Origin: Acidobacteriota bacterium
GTDB lineage: Bacteria > Acidobacteriota > Vicinamibacteria > Vicinamibacterales > UBA2999
Length of the DNA stretch: 64,000 nt
Assembly (NCBI GenBank): GCA_031376505.1
Contig: JANMDX010000170.1
Coordinates: 3,163 to 67,162 of the forward strand
Reading direction: 5' to 3'
Shown here: positions 41,787-52,805 of the stretch, piece after piece
How positions within the stretch are numbered: the first letter of the stretch is position 1
Layout: each line of letters opens with the position of its first letter
Position numbers and translations under genes: made by a program
Notes under the pieces: generated by a model
The model's database searches: none
Told to the model about the DNA's origin: nothing
The model's input: only the letters and a program-made list of their open reading frames with translations

Positions 41787-42746
41787 TCAGTGGCAGGTAT
41801 CGCTGCCCCGGTCGAGCGCGGCACCGGTGACGTCGAGGAACTCCCACTGGTACTGTGTCGGCTCGAGCGACAGCCGCAATACCCCCCAGCTCTGCAGGAA
41901 CACCTCGGAGTTCGTGGCCCGCCGCGACCGGGGATACAGCGGGGCTCCCCCCGTGCCCACGGTGAACTGGCGGATCCCCCGCTCCAGGTCCAGCCGGCGG
42001 TCGGCGGTCTGGGGCGCGAGGCGTTCGTAGTTGTGGTCGTGGCCATTGAGCACGACGTCGGCGCCGTGCTCATAAAGCAACTGCCAGACGTCGCGCAAGA
42101 GCGGCGTCTGGCCATGTGGTCCTGAGCTGTCGTAGGGATGATGCACCGTGGCCAGGGTGCAGAGCGTCCGCTGCTGCAACTGCTCGCGCACCCACTGAAA
42201 CTGCGCCGAGCCACGTTCGATCGGCACCGATGAATTCAGCACCAGTACCTGCCAGCCGCCGGCGCGGTAGGCGTAATACCCAGCCCGGCTGGGGCCAGCG
42301 GCCTGGCCAAAGTAGCCGAAGTAGCCATCGGCGCCCGCCACGTCGTACTCGTGATTGCCGGGACCGGCACGAACACGCGCCATGAAGCGGCCATAGTCGG
42401 GGTCGAAGCAGCGTCGGAAGTCGGAGGCGGTGCCACTTGGATAGGCCAGGTCGCCGAGCAACAGAATGTCGTCGGTGAAGCGCGCGAGCAGGGCCGCAGT
42501 CTGGGCAACGCCCGGCGACCCGCACCAGCCCACGTCGCCAACCGCCGACATCGTCACGACACCTGCACCCGCGGGGGGCGGCGGAACAATCGGTCCGGAC
42601 CGGTCGCTGCCGTCGTTCACGGGACGGTCGAGGTCCACCACGGCCGTCGGTTGGGTGGGCGTGGCAGGCGAGGCACCGCCACACGCGGCGGTCGCCGCGG
42701 CACACCCGACGAGGGTCCAAGCCAGAACGCGAGTTCGACAGCTCAC
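41787..42746 (-). CDS. Calcineurin-like metallophosphoesterase lipoprotein
   Basis: Shows 'AVGDVGWCG', 'GDLAYPSG', 'GNHEYD' and 'LNGHDHNYER'. The N-terminus 'VLAWTLVGCAAATAACGG' is lipobox-like. The proposed start is GTG 42746, and it must lie below 42854, where the permease gene ends. Confidence 0.78.
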   Translation of the reverse strand: MSCRTRVLAWTLVGCAAATAACGGASPATPTQPTAVVDLDRPVNDGSDRSGPIVPPPPAGAGVVTMSAVGDVGWCGSPGVAQTAALLARFTDDILLLGDLAYPSGTASDFRRCFDPDYGRFMARVRAGPGNHEYDVAGADGYFGYFGQAAGPSRAGYYAYRAGGWQVLVLNSSVPIERGSAQFQWVREQLQQRTLCTLATVHHPYDSSGPHGQTPLLRDVWQLLYEHGADVVLNGHDHNYERLAPQTADRRLDLERGIRQFTVGTGGAPLYPRSRRATNSEVFLQSWGVLRLSLEPTQYQWEFLDVTGAALDRGSDTCH

Positions 42747-42853
42747 GACGACGTTCGAAGGTGGAGGGTCCCCAAGGCGCCGTGCCTGGGAGAAGGCCTG
42801 ATTATACCGATCCGATGGGGCCGGGACACGACGAAAACGTCGACCCTGAAGGC

Positions 42854-44263
42854 TCAACCCCGCGTCGCGGTGCGCGTGAACCAGGCGTAGAGCGGCAATC
42901 CCAGCGCAATGATGAGCAGTCCTGCCGCCGAGGGGCCCATGGCCCTGCCGGCCGCAACCGGTTGCACCAGGTCGGTCCAGAGCGCGTTGGCGACAATTAC
43001 GGCGCTGACGGCCACGAACACGCCGGGCACCACGGGATAACCCCACGTCGAGTACGGACGCGGCGCGTCGGGCTCACGGCGGCGCAACACGAAGAGCGCG
43101 GCCACGGCCACGCCGTTGAAGAGAATGATCGAGAACCCCGTGTAGGTCGTGAGCGCGGTGGCGCTGCCAGTCAGCACGAGCACCGAACTCCACAGGGCCT
43201 GCGCCACGATTGCCGTGGCCGGGGTGCGGTAGGTGGGATGCACGGAGGCGGCCGCCGGGAAGAATACCCCGTCGCGGGCCATGGCGTAGTAGACGCGCGG
43301 CCCGGCAAAGACCATCGCCGAGATGCTCGCCAGCAGGCTCACAATCGACACGATGCCCATGATGTCGCCCGCGCGCGGTCCGAGCAACCGATCGGCGATC
43401 ACGTCGAGCACGCTGCCGCGTACGGCGGCCAGTTCGCCGACCGGTAGCACATACAGATACAGCGTATTCAGCAGCAGGTAGATCACGACGACCGCCAGCG
43501 TGCCAAACGCCAGCGCCTTGGGCACGTTGCGGCCGGGGTCGCGCACTTCCTCGGCCACATACGACGCCGCATTCCAGCCGGCATAAGTGAAGAGCACCGG
43601 CACGAGTGCAAAGAGCCATCCGCCGCCTGAGGTCGTACCCGAGGCCGTGGACAGGTTCTCGAACGAGCCCACGCCGAACGTGAAGCCGAGGACGATGAAG
43701 AGCAGCAGCGCCGATACCTTCAGCGTCGCCAGGACGTTACCCACGAGGCGTCCGGGACCTACGCCCCGGAGGTGCACCCACGACATGAGCCAGATGGCCA
43801 CGAGCGCGGTGATCGTCTGCGGCGACACGGCGAGCGTGATGGGCCCAAGCGGCAACGACGCCAGCGCCTGATCGCTGCCAGCAATGGGCAGGAAGCGGCC
43901 CAGGTAGAAGGCCAGCACGACGGCGCTGGCGGCGATGGCCCCTGAGAACCCCGCCACAAACGACGTCCACCCTGTGAGGAACGCGGCCACGCGCCCGAAC
44001 CCGGCATTCAAGTAGACGTATTCGCCGCCCGCTCGCGGGCGCAGCGCGGCCAGCTCCGCGTAGGCCATCGCGCCAGCAAACGCCAGCAAGCCAGCTGCGA
44101 GCCAGGTGGCGAGAAACAGCACTGGATGCGGCGTCATGGCCGCCACCTGCGGCGGCGTGAACAGGATGCCGCCACCGATGACGTTCGAGACCACGATGGC
44201 CGCAGCGTCGAGTGCGCCCAGGCGCCGCTCGAGGGTAGGGGTGGGCACGGGTGCCTGCGGCAT
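42854..44263 (-). CDS. APC-superfamily amino-acid permease
   Basis: 469 aa with about 12 hydrophobic segments. The N-terminus 'LGALDAAAIVVSNVIGGGILFTP' is typical of APC transporters. Confidence 0.85.
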   Translation of the reverse strand: MPQAPVPTPTLERRLGALDAAAIVVSNVIGGGILFTPPQVAAMTPHPVLFLATWLAAGLLAFAGAMAYAELAALRPRAGGEYVYLNAGFGRVAAFLTGWTSFVAGFSGAIAASAVVLAFYLGRFLPIAGSDQALASLPLGPITLAVSPQTITALVAIWLMSWVHLRGVGPGRLVGNVLATLKVSALLLFIVLGFTFGVGSFENLSTASGTTSGGGWLFALVPVLFTYAGWNAASYVAEEVRDPGRNVPKALAFGTLAVVVIYLLLNTLYLYVLPVGELAAVRGSVLDVIADRLLGPRAGDIMGIVSIVSLLASISAMVFAGPRVYYAMARDGVFFPAAASVHPTYRTPATAIVAQALWSSVLVLTGSATALTTYTGFSIILFNGVAVAALFVLRRREPDAPRPYSTWGYPVVPGVFVAVSAVIVANALWTDLVQPVAAGRAMGPSAAGLLIIALGLPLYAWFTRTATRG

Positions 44264-44285
44264 GCCGGCGATTATAGGCGCATGG

Positions 44286-44762
44286 CTACTGCGTCAGCAG
44301 TTGGCGTTCGATCGGGAAGTCGGCGAGCTTCGCCCAGACTTGAGAGCCCTTTTTCAGGAACACCTCGACCTTCGCGTCGACAAAACCGCTGTGCTGCAGG
44401 ATCTGGATGCGGGGTTGCTCACCCGTGTACCCGAGCTGTGAGCGCAGCACGATGGCCGCCGTCGAGGCGCCGGGCGCGAGAGCGTCGCGGCGCACGGCCC
44501 AGCCGTAGTGCTCACCCCACTGCTCCTGCTCGCCGACACGGCGGAACACCGCCATGATCTGCACGCCGGTGATGGGCTCGGCCGCCTTGTTGCGCAGCTT
44601 GAGCGACACGGTCGGCACGAGTTTGTTCTTGCCGTCGGCCATGATGCCCGCGTCGAACCACCCAGTCGTGACTTCGAGGGGTTCCATCACCTCGACAGGA
44701 TTGACCTTCGCGCACCCCGCCAACGTGGCAAGGAGCACCGGCAGCAGCAGTGCGTGTCGCAT
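44286..44762 (-). CDS. Small lipoprotein of unknown function
   Basis: Has the lipobox 'LLLPVLLATLAGC'. Length is 158 aa. Confidence 0.55.
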   Translation of the reverse strand: MRHALLLPVLLATLAGCAKVNPVEVMEPLEVTTGWFDAGIMADGKNKLVPTVSLKLRNKAAEPITGVQIMAVFRRVGEQEQWGEHYGWAVRRDALAPGASTAAIVLRSQLGYTGEQPRIQILQHSGFVDAKVEVFLKKGSQVWAKLADFPIERQLLTQ

Positions 44763-44783
44763 GGCCGGTAGGATACCCCGGCC

Positions 44784-45659
44784 CTAGAACTCTTGCACCT
44801 GGACCCGCTTCTTCGCTTCGTCGCGGTCGATCTTGCCCGTGCGGTAGGCGGCCAGGTCAGCGGCCTTGATGCGCAAGGTCAGTGTCGACACCTGCTCATA
44901 CGGATTGGGCGGCGCCAGCAGGTCGCGTCGTTCGTTGTCCCGGGCCGCGACCGTCAGGTACTCGTCGGGTTTCAGCGACGACACCATGGGCAGCGAAAAA
45001 TCGACCATGGCATCGATCAGCGCCTGCACTACCGCGTCGGTGTAGGCCTTATTCGGGTCGTCCAGAAGCTGGGAATTCAGCGCGGGCTTGCGGGGCGCGC
45101 CAGGCACGCCCTGCGCGCTGGGCGGCGTACCGGTCGTCCGGCCGCCGGCGGTCTGGATGCCACTGCCCTCGGAACGACGCACGGCGCCCAGCGGACGCAC
45201 CTGCATCTCGAGGCGGCGCAGGGCGTTTTCTGCCGAGGCGCGTTCCGGACCCGTCGTGGAAGCCACGAGCGTGCGCAGGGACGCCAACGCCTCGGCCGCA
45301 CCCTGCTCGTCCTGGTCGAGCATCGCCCGCAGGCTCCACATCATGCTCTGGCGCAGCACTGGCACTTCGACGTCGAAGAACACGCCGTACTCGGCCAGAT
45401 GGAACCCGCGCGCATTGGATTCACCCGCCACCACGATCATGTCGGGCATGACGGCGCGGAATTCCTGATTGAGCCGCGAGGCGCCGGCCGTCACCGCCCG
45501 GGCCAGCGCGCCCTCCATCAGGTAGATCTGGTGGCGCAGCTGCTCCTGGTCAGCGGCCGCCGGTGCCGTCTGCGCCGAGGCCGTGAACGCCATCGAAGTC
45601 ACGAGCACTGCGCCGAACATCAAGGAATTGCGGGTCATGAGCGTCTGCCTCTGTCTCAC
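44784..45659 (-). CDS. Exported hypothetical protein
   Basis: The signal peptide is 'MFGAVLVTSMAFTASAQ'. The GTG start at 45659 overlaps the anti-sigma stop (GTGA); an alternative ATG lies at 45638. Confidence 0.5.
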   Translation of the reverse strand: MRQRQTLMTRNSLMFGAVLVTSMAFTASAQTAPAAADQEQLRHQIYLMEGALARAVTAGASRLNQEFRAVMPDMIVVAGESNARGFHLAEYGVFFDVEVPVLRQSMMWSLRAMLDQDEQGAAEALASLRTLVASTTGPERASAENALRRLEMQVRPLGAVRRSEGSGIQTAGGRTTGTPPSAQGVPGAPRKPALNSQLLDDPNKAYTDAVVQALIDAMVDFSLPMVSSLKPDEYLTVAARDNERRDLLAPPNPYEQVSTLTLRIKAADLAAYRTGKIDRDEAKKRVQVQEF

Positions 45660-46447
45660 TGGGGCGGCCTGAGTCCGGCGCGGACGATGAGATCCAACAT
45701 CTGGCGCTGCCGCTGCACTTCGGCGCCCGTGCGCCCTTCGAGCTGACCGATGCCCTGGTCGATGCGCACTAGATCGGCGCGCCGCTGAATATCGACGTCG
45801 CGATTGAATTGTGTCAGGCGCAACGCGAGTTCCTGCTGCTGGCGCCGCTCGCTGGCCTCGATGAGATCGCGCACCCTGGCGAGCGTGTCGCCATCAGCCA
45901 CCGGGCGCGCCGCCGGTGCCACCGCCGGCGCGGCAGCCGTGGCAACTGCGGTCGCCCGCAGGTCGCCGCGCAGCGATGTTTCCAGGGCGGCCAGCGCGGG
46001 CTTCCAGGACTCGTCGGCCGAGGGACGCGCCGCGGTCGGCGAGACGGGCGCCATCCACCCCGTCGAGACGGTCCAGCCTTGGGCGTCGTGGCGCACCTGC
46101 ACGTTCGCCACGGCCGCGCCCACGGCCACGGCCAGCGTGGCGGCCGCCACCTGCGCCCACACGGGCACCGTCTGCCACGATGCCACTCGCGGACGAATCA
46201 CCGGCGAGGCTGGCGGGTCCGCGGCAGGGGGCAGCGGCGTCTGGACGACGCTGAAACGTAGCGGCGGGGCCGCCGGCGTCCACTGCGCCAGCGCGTGCCG
46301 CACGCCGCCGAGGGCCGCCACCTCGTCACGACACCGCGCGCATTCCACCAGGTGCTGCTCGACGGCATTCCGCAGGACCGGGTCGGCTTCGTCGTAGAGA
46401 TAGGCGACGAGCGATTCGGTGTCGTCGCAGCTGAATCGTGTGCTCAT
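45656..46447 (-). CDS. Anti-sigma factor (zf-HC2 type) with one transmembrane segment
   Basis: The N-terminus carries 'HLVECARCRDEV' (HxxxCxxC). The TM segment is 'VPVWAQVAAATLAVAVGAAVA'. It overlaps the sigma gene end by 4 nt. Confidence 0.72.
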   Translation of the reverse strand: MSTRFSCDDTESLVAYLYDEADPVLRNAVEQHLVECARCRDEVAALGGVRHALAQWTPAAPPLRFSVVQTPLPPAADPPASPVIRPRVASWQTVPVWAQVAAATLAVAVGAAVANVQVRHDAQGWTVSTGWMAPVSPTAARPSADESWKPALAALETSLRGDLRATAVATAAAPAVAPAARPVADGDTLARVRDLIEASERRQQQELALRLTQFNRDVDIQRRADLVRIDQGIGQLEGRTGAEVQRQRQMLDLIVRAGLRPPQ

Positions 46448-47124
46448 GATGCGTCCCTGCGGATGTCAGCGACTGACATGCCGCGTTCCTCGAGTTGCCG
46501 CCGCACGACGCTCAGGCCCTGGTAGAGACGGGTCTTCACGGTGCTGAGCGGACAGCCTTGCAAGTCGGCGATCTCCTGAAAGGTCAGTCCGTGGTACTCC
46601 TTGAGAATGATCGCGGTCCGCTGCTCATCCGGCAGCGTCGCCATCGCCCGTTCCGCGGCCCGTCCCAGTTCGCGCCGGGCCACCAGCGTCTCAATCGACT
46701 CGACCGGTCCGCCCTCCGCGGCCAGTTCGGCGATGTCGGTGTCTTCCGGCATCTGCACGGTGGGCGTGCGGCGCTGCCGGCGCATCCAGTCGCGGCACAG
46801 GTTGAGCGCGATCCGGTACAACCAGGACGAGAACTTGGCCTCGCCCTTGAACCCCTTGAGCGCGCGGTGCGCGCGGAAGAACGTCTCTTGACAGACGTCC
46901 CGCGCGTCTTCCTCGCGGCCGAGTGTGCGGTACGCCAGGGCATAGATCGGCCGTTCCCAGCGCGTGATCAGCTGGTTGAAGCTCTCGACGTCGCCGTCCT
47001 TGGATCGCACGACGAGTTCCTCGTCGGTGATCGTCAGTGCGTGCACGGCCAGCGTCGCCCCTTCCTCGTGAACTCGCCGGGCGGTGCGACCCGCCGGCCG
47101 CCCGGTGATGTCGAGCTCCAACAT
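46444..47124 (-). CDS. ECF-type RNA polymerase sigma factor
   Basis: Region 2 is 'DVESFNQLITRWERPIYALAYR' and region 4 is 'LPDEQRTAIILKEYHGLTFQEIADLQGCPLSTVKTRLYQG'. Preferred start is codon 38 ('MLELDI') at 47124, because the longer ORF would overlap the divergent gene. Confidence 0.86.
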   Translation of the reverse strand: MLELDITGRPAGRTARRVHEEGATLAVHALTITDEELVVRSKDGDVESFNQLITRWERPIYALAYRTLGREEDARDVCQETFFRAHRALKGFKGEAKFSSWLYRIALNLCRDWMRRQRRTPTVQMPEDTDIAELAAEGGPVESIETLVARRELGRAAERAMATLPDEQRTAIILKEYHGLTFQEIADLQGCPLSTVKTRLYQGLSVVRRQLEERGMSVADIRRDAS

Positions 47125-47151
47125 CTTACTTTGACGGCATCGGGGCAGGTT

Positions 47152-47168
47152 TGGCCTGCGTCCTGCAA
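47152..47168 (+). promoter_or_regulatory. Sigma54-like -24/-12 element upstream of the HTH-receiver/ABC-F pair
   Basis: 'TGGCCTGCGTCCTGCAA' has GG at 47153-54 and GC at 47165-66 with exactly 10 nt between them. It is weaker than consensus (TGGCCT and CTGCA). It lies about 55 nt upstream of GTG 47222. Confidence 0.35.
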
Positions 47169-47221
47169 AGCCTTCCGGAATCAGACTTTCCGCCCTGCGG
47201 GGTACAATTGGCCACCGAATC

Positions 47222-47832
47222 GTGAACCCGCTCAAGCCCGACCACGAAGCCTTCCTGACGACCGACGAGGTGCTCGCCTACCTTCAGGTGAACCTGCGCA
47301 CGGTGTATCGCCTCATCGACGCCGGCCAGCTGCCGGCCGTGCGGGTGGGCCGCCTGTGGCGGTTCCGGCGCAAGGACATCGACGCGTGGCTCGACCAGCG
47401 TCAGCCCGCGGTGCCTGCCCCGGCCCCGCCACCAGCTGCGCGGGCCGTGGCCGCTGGCCCCGGCCGACGGATCCTGGTTGTCGACCCCGACGGTGCGAGT
47501 CGTGACGTGGTGGCAAGTGCGCTACGCGCGGCCGGCCATACCGTCGACACCGCCCCTGACGGGGTAATGGCCGCGGAACGACTGTCCCAGCACCCCTACG
47601 ATCTCGTCGTGAGCGAGCTGCGCCTGCCCGGACTCGACACCTTCGCCGTAGTACGCGAGGCCAGGCGCACGACCCCCGGCCTGCGCCTGATGATCGTGAC
47701 TGGGCAGTCCACCGAGGCCGCGGCGATCGAAGCGCTGAACTTCGGCGTGGCCGGGTATCTGGTCAAGCCGGGCCGACCGCTGGAGATCGCCGCCACCGCC
47801 GGGCGCCTGCTCGGCCTGCGCCCCGCCACGTC

Positions 47833-47836
<4 letters not shown>
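47222..47836 (+). CDS. Excisionase-type HTH fused to a receiver domain whose phospho-acceptor Asp is Glu
   Basis: The HTH_17-like segment is 'LTTDEVLAYLQVNLRTVYRLIDAGQLPAVRVGRLWRFRRKDIDAWL'. The REC domain reads 'RILVVDPDG...YDLVVSELRLPGLD...LMIVTGQ...GYLVKPG'. The E in 'VSELRLPG' aligns with the D in 'VSDLRMGG' and 'VSDLVMPR' of the two NtrC proteins in this window. Confidence 0.8.
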
Positions 47837-49845
<2,009 letters not shown>

Positions 49846-49848
49846 TAC

Positions 49849-49877
49849 CTGCCAGTCGGCCGAACCTGACTGGTCAG
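49849..49877 (+). terminator. Candidate stem-loop terminator after the ABC-F gene
   Basis: 'ctgccagtc' (49849-57) pairs with 'gactggtcag' (49868-77), giving 9 bp with a 1-nt bulge. It begins 4 nt after the TAA stop. A T-rich run 'gattttgtattc' follows about 30 nt later. Confidence 0.45.
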
Positions 49878-50013
49878 GATTCGTCACGCGCGGCGCGGAC
49901 CGACTGACGATTTTGTATTCATGTGTGCCGGTTTAGCACCATCTTCTTTCGAATTCTGGCACGATTACACATTTCGACGCCCCCACGCCCTCCTGATTCG
50001 TCATTACGGTGAC

Positions 50014-50029
50014 AGGCACGACAGTTGCG
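50014..50029 (+). promoter_or_regulatory. Sigma54 (-24/-12) promoter upstream of histidine kinase 2 / NtrC 2
   Basis: 'AGGCACGACAGTTGCG' has GG at 50015-16 and GC at 50027-28 with 10 nt between them. The GGCACG-N4-TTGC core is a perfect consensus match. It sits at the end of a lower-GC intergenic stretch; my hand count for 49901-50000 is 50% GC. Confidence 0.55.
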
Positions 50030-50050
50030 TATGTCGCGGACAGTCGATCC

Positions 50051-51250
50051 ATGCCTGCCCCCAAAATTGCCACTCCTCGTCGCCCTGCGAAGGCTACCGG
50101 ACTGTCGCTACGCCCGGGTCTCACCCACCGTGCGCCCATTGCCGCGGCGCATTTCGTCGACGACGCGTTCTTCCGCCACCTGGTGGCACACATGCGCAAC
50201 GGCGTGCTGGCCATCGACCGCGCCGGTGCGCTCGTGCTCATCAACGACGAGTCGTGCCGCATCTTCGGGCTGCCGGCCGGCGAGGACTACCTCGGCCGGC
50301 CCTTTGCCGAGGTGTTCCACGCCCATCCCGCCATTGTGCGAGTGCTGGCGGGGGCCTACGAACTCGCGTTCCTGCCCAACCGCGCCGAACTGCGCCTGAC
50401 CCCCTCCGACAAGGTGCTCGGCTACACGCTGTCGCTCATCCGCAACACCGAAGGGCTCACCATTGGCGCGGCAATGTTCTTCAAGGACCTGACGCGCGTC
50501 GAGCAGCTCGAGGAACGGGAGCGGCTGCGCGACCGGCTGGCGGTGCTCGGCGAGATGGCTGCAGCCGTCGCCCACGAGATCAAGAACCCGCTGGCCGGGA
50601 TCGAGGTGATGGCCGGGCTGCTGCGCCGTCAGCTCCGCGACAACGCCCAGGCCACGGCGCTCGTCGGCGACATCATGAACGAAGCGAAGATGGCCAATGC
50701 CATCGTGCAGGAGATTCTCGACTTCGTGCGCCCGGTGCGCCTGCAGATGGAGCGCACGTCGGTCATCTCGGCGCTCCAGGCCGCCGTGACGATGGCCGAC
50801 GGCACGGCCACCCGGGGCGCGGTGGACGTGCGACTCGACCTGGCCGAGACGCTGCCACTCATCGACGCCGACTCGACACAGCTCATGCAGGTGTTCGCCA
50901 ACCTGCTCATCAATGCCTACGAGGCGCTGAACGGCGCCGGCTCGGTGACGATCACGGCGCGCGAGGTCACCCGCGAGGAAGACGGCGCGCTGCCGCTCGA
51001 CGGGCTGCACCCGATACCGACCATCGTGGTCGAGGTGACCGACGACGGACCGGGCGTGCCCCCCGAACTGGCCGACAAGATCTTCAGTGCGTTCTTCACG
51101 ACCAAAGCCCAGGGCTCGGGCCTCGGCCTGGCGATCGTGCGCAAGATCGTCGATGCCCACGATGGGCGCATCGACCTGACGAGCCGACCTGGGACCGGCA
51201 CGAAATTTCGCGTCACGCTCCCGGTGAGCGGCGACGCGCGAGTGTGGTAG
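50051..51250 (+). CDS. Soluble PAS-HisKA-HATPase_c sensor histidine kinase (NtrB/AtoS-like), system 2
   Basis: The PAS-like segment is 'FFRHLVAHMRNGVLAIDRAGALVLINDESCRIFG'. The H-box is 'AHEIKNPLAGI' and the G-boxes are 'TDDGPGVP...FTTKAQGSGLGL'. The ATG at 50051 was chosen because the track start at 50009 lies upstream of the sigma54 promoter. Confidence 0.85.
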   Translation: MPAPKIATPRRPAKATGLSLRPGLTHRAPIAAAHFVDDAFFRHLVAHMRNGVLAIDRAGALVLINDESCRIFGLPAGEDYLGRPFAEVFHAHPAIVRVLAGAYELAFLPNRAELRLTPSDKVLGYTLSLIRNTEGLTIGAAMFFKDLTRVEQLEERERLRDRLAVLGEMAAAVAHEIKNPLAGIEVMAGLLRRQLRDNAQATALVGDIMNEAKMANAIVQEILDFVRPVRLQMERTSVISALQAAVTMADGTATRGAVDVRLDLAETLPLIDADSTQLMQVFANLLINAYEALNGAGSVTITAREVTREEDGALPLDGLHPIPTIVVEVTDDGPGVPPELADKIFSAFFTTKAQGSGLGLAIVRKIVDAHDGRIDLTSRPGTGTKFRVTLPVSGDARVW

Positions 51251-51263
51251 GAGCGGAGCGAAC

Positions 51264-52664
51264 ATGAGTCGAATTCTTGTCGCCGATGATCACGACGCCT
51301 TGCGGCGGGGCCTGGCCCTGGCGCTGCGCACGGCCGGCCACGACGTGGAAGAGGCGCCCAATGGCAATGCGGCCATTGAGCGGCTCCACAACGGCTACTT
51401 CGATGTCGTGGTGAGCGACCTGCGCATGGGCGGCTCCGACGGGCTCGACGTGCTGCGCACGACCCGCACGACCCATCCCACCTCGTCGGTCATCCTGATG
51501 ACGGCCTTCGGCTCGGTGTCCACCGCCGTCGAGGCGATGAAGAACGGCGCGTTCGACTACGTGCAGAAGCCGTTCGAGATCGAGGAGATGGAGGTCAAGA
51601 TCGAGAAGGCGCTCGAGCTGAAACGGCTGCGCCACGAACTCGACTATCTGCGGCACGAACAGCAGGAAAACTACAACTTCGACAAGATCATCGGCAGCAG
51701 CGACACGCTCCAACGGGTCCTGGGGGTGGTGCGGAAGGTCGCCAAGAGCAACTCCACCGTGCTCATCCGGGGCGAGACGGGCACCGGTAAGGAACTCATC
51801 GCCGGCGCCATTCACCACAACTCGCTACGGGCCGGCCGCAACTTCGTGAAGGTGAACTGCGCGGCGCTGCAGGAGAACCTGCTCGAATCCGAACTCTTCG
51901 GACACGAGAAAGGCGCCTTCACGGGCGCCGACCGGCAGCGCATCGGCCGCTTCGAGCAGGCCGACGGCGGCTCGCTCTTTCTCGACGAGATCGGCGACAT
52001 GAGCCCCAGCACCCAGGCCAAGATCCTGCGCGTGCTGCAGGAACACGAGTTCGAGCGGCTGGGCGGCACGCGCACCCTCAAGGTGGACGTGCGGCTCATC
52101 GCCGCCACCAATCGCGACCTGGTGAGCATGGTGTCGACGGGACACTTCCGGGAGGACCTGTACTACCGTCTCAACGTCGTCACCGTCGAGACGCCGCCGC
52201 TGCGGGACCGCAAGGAAGACATCCTGCCGCTGGCCATGCACTTCATCCGGAAGTTCTCGCAGGAGCTCAAGAAGAAGCTCGACGGCGTGAACCCCGAGGC
52301 GGCCAAGATGATGACCCGCTACAACTGGCCCGGCAACATCCGCGAGCTCGAGAACGCGATCGAGCGCGCGGCGCTGCTGGCCGAAGCGCACCAGATCATG
52401 CCCGACGACCTGCGGCTCGGCGACACGGTGCAGACTCCGGGCGTGAAGGACAACCAGTCGGTGGTGCGCATTCCCCCGAGCGGCATTGCGCTCGAGCAGA
52501 TCGAACGGCAGGCGCTTACCGAGGCCCTGCGCATGGCCAACTGGGTGCAGAAGGACGCGGCCGAGCTGCTGTCGATCAGCCCACGCGTGATGAACTACAA
52601 GATCAAGACCCTCAATATCGAGTTGCCGAGGCGGCGGCTGATGGTGTCGGCCGACGTCGCCTAG
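51264..52664 (+). CDS. Sigma54-dependent response regulator (NtrC family), system 2
   Basis: The REC domain shows 'RILVADDHD...VVVSDLRMGGSDG'. The AAA+ domain shows 'IRGETGTGKELIA' and 'EKGAFTGA'. The HTH is 'AAELLSISPRVMNYKIK'. Confidence 0.92.
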   Translation: MSRILVADDHDALRRGLALALRTAGHDVEEAPNGNAAIERLHNGYFDVVVSDLRMGGSDGLDVLRTTRTTHPTSSVILMTAFGSVSTAVEAMKNGAFDYVQKPFEIEEMEVKIEKALELKRLRHELDYLRHEQQENYNFDKIIGSSDTLQRVLGVVRKVAKSNSTVLIRGETGTGKELIAGAIHHNSLRAGRNFVKVNCAALQENLLESELFGHEKGAFTGADRQRIGRFEQADGGSLFLDEIGDMSPSTQAKILRVLQEHEFERLGGTRTLKVDVRLIAATNRDLVSMVSTGHFREDLYYRLNVVTVETPPLRDRKEDILPLAMHFIRKFSQELKKKLDGVNPEAAKMMTRYNWPGNIRELENAIERAALLAEAHQIMPDDLRLGDTVQTPGVKDNQSVVRIPPSGIALEQIERQALTEALRMANWVQKDAAELLSISPRVMNYKIKTLNIELPRRRLMVSADVA

Positions 52665-52725
52665 GAACAGGAACAGGGACTAGGGACTAGGGACTAGGGA
52701 CTAGCGGCTAGCGGCTAGCCGCTAG
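52664..52725. repeat. CTAG-rich tandem array: GGAACA x2, GGGACTA x4, GCGGCTA x2, GCCGCTA x1, ending in an 18-bp perfect palindrome
   Basis: Read directly from the sequence. GGAACAGGAACA occupies 52664-52675, four exact GGGACTA units occupy 52676-52703, and GCGGCTA GCGGCTA GCCGCTA occupy 52704-52724. 'ctagcggctagccgctag' (52708-52725) is its own reverse complement. There are eight CTAG tetranucleotides within about 65 nt. Confidence 0.95.
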
Positions 52726-52805
52726 TGCGAGCGATGCCGTAGGATGGCAGTCAGCGGGCCGGGCGCCATCGACGGTGGCCTCGGTCCCACTCACGGAGGA
52801 CTGAG

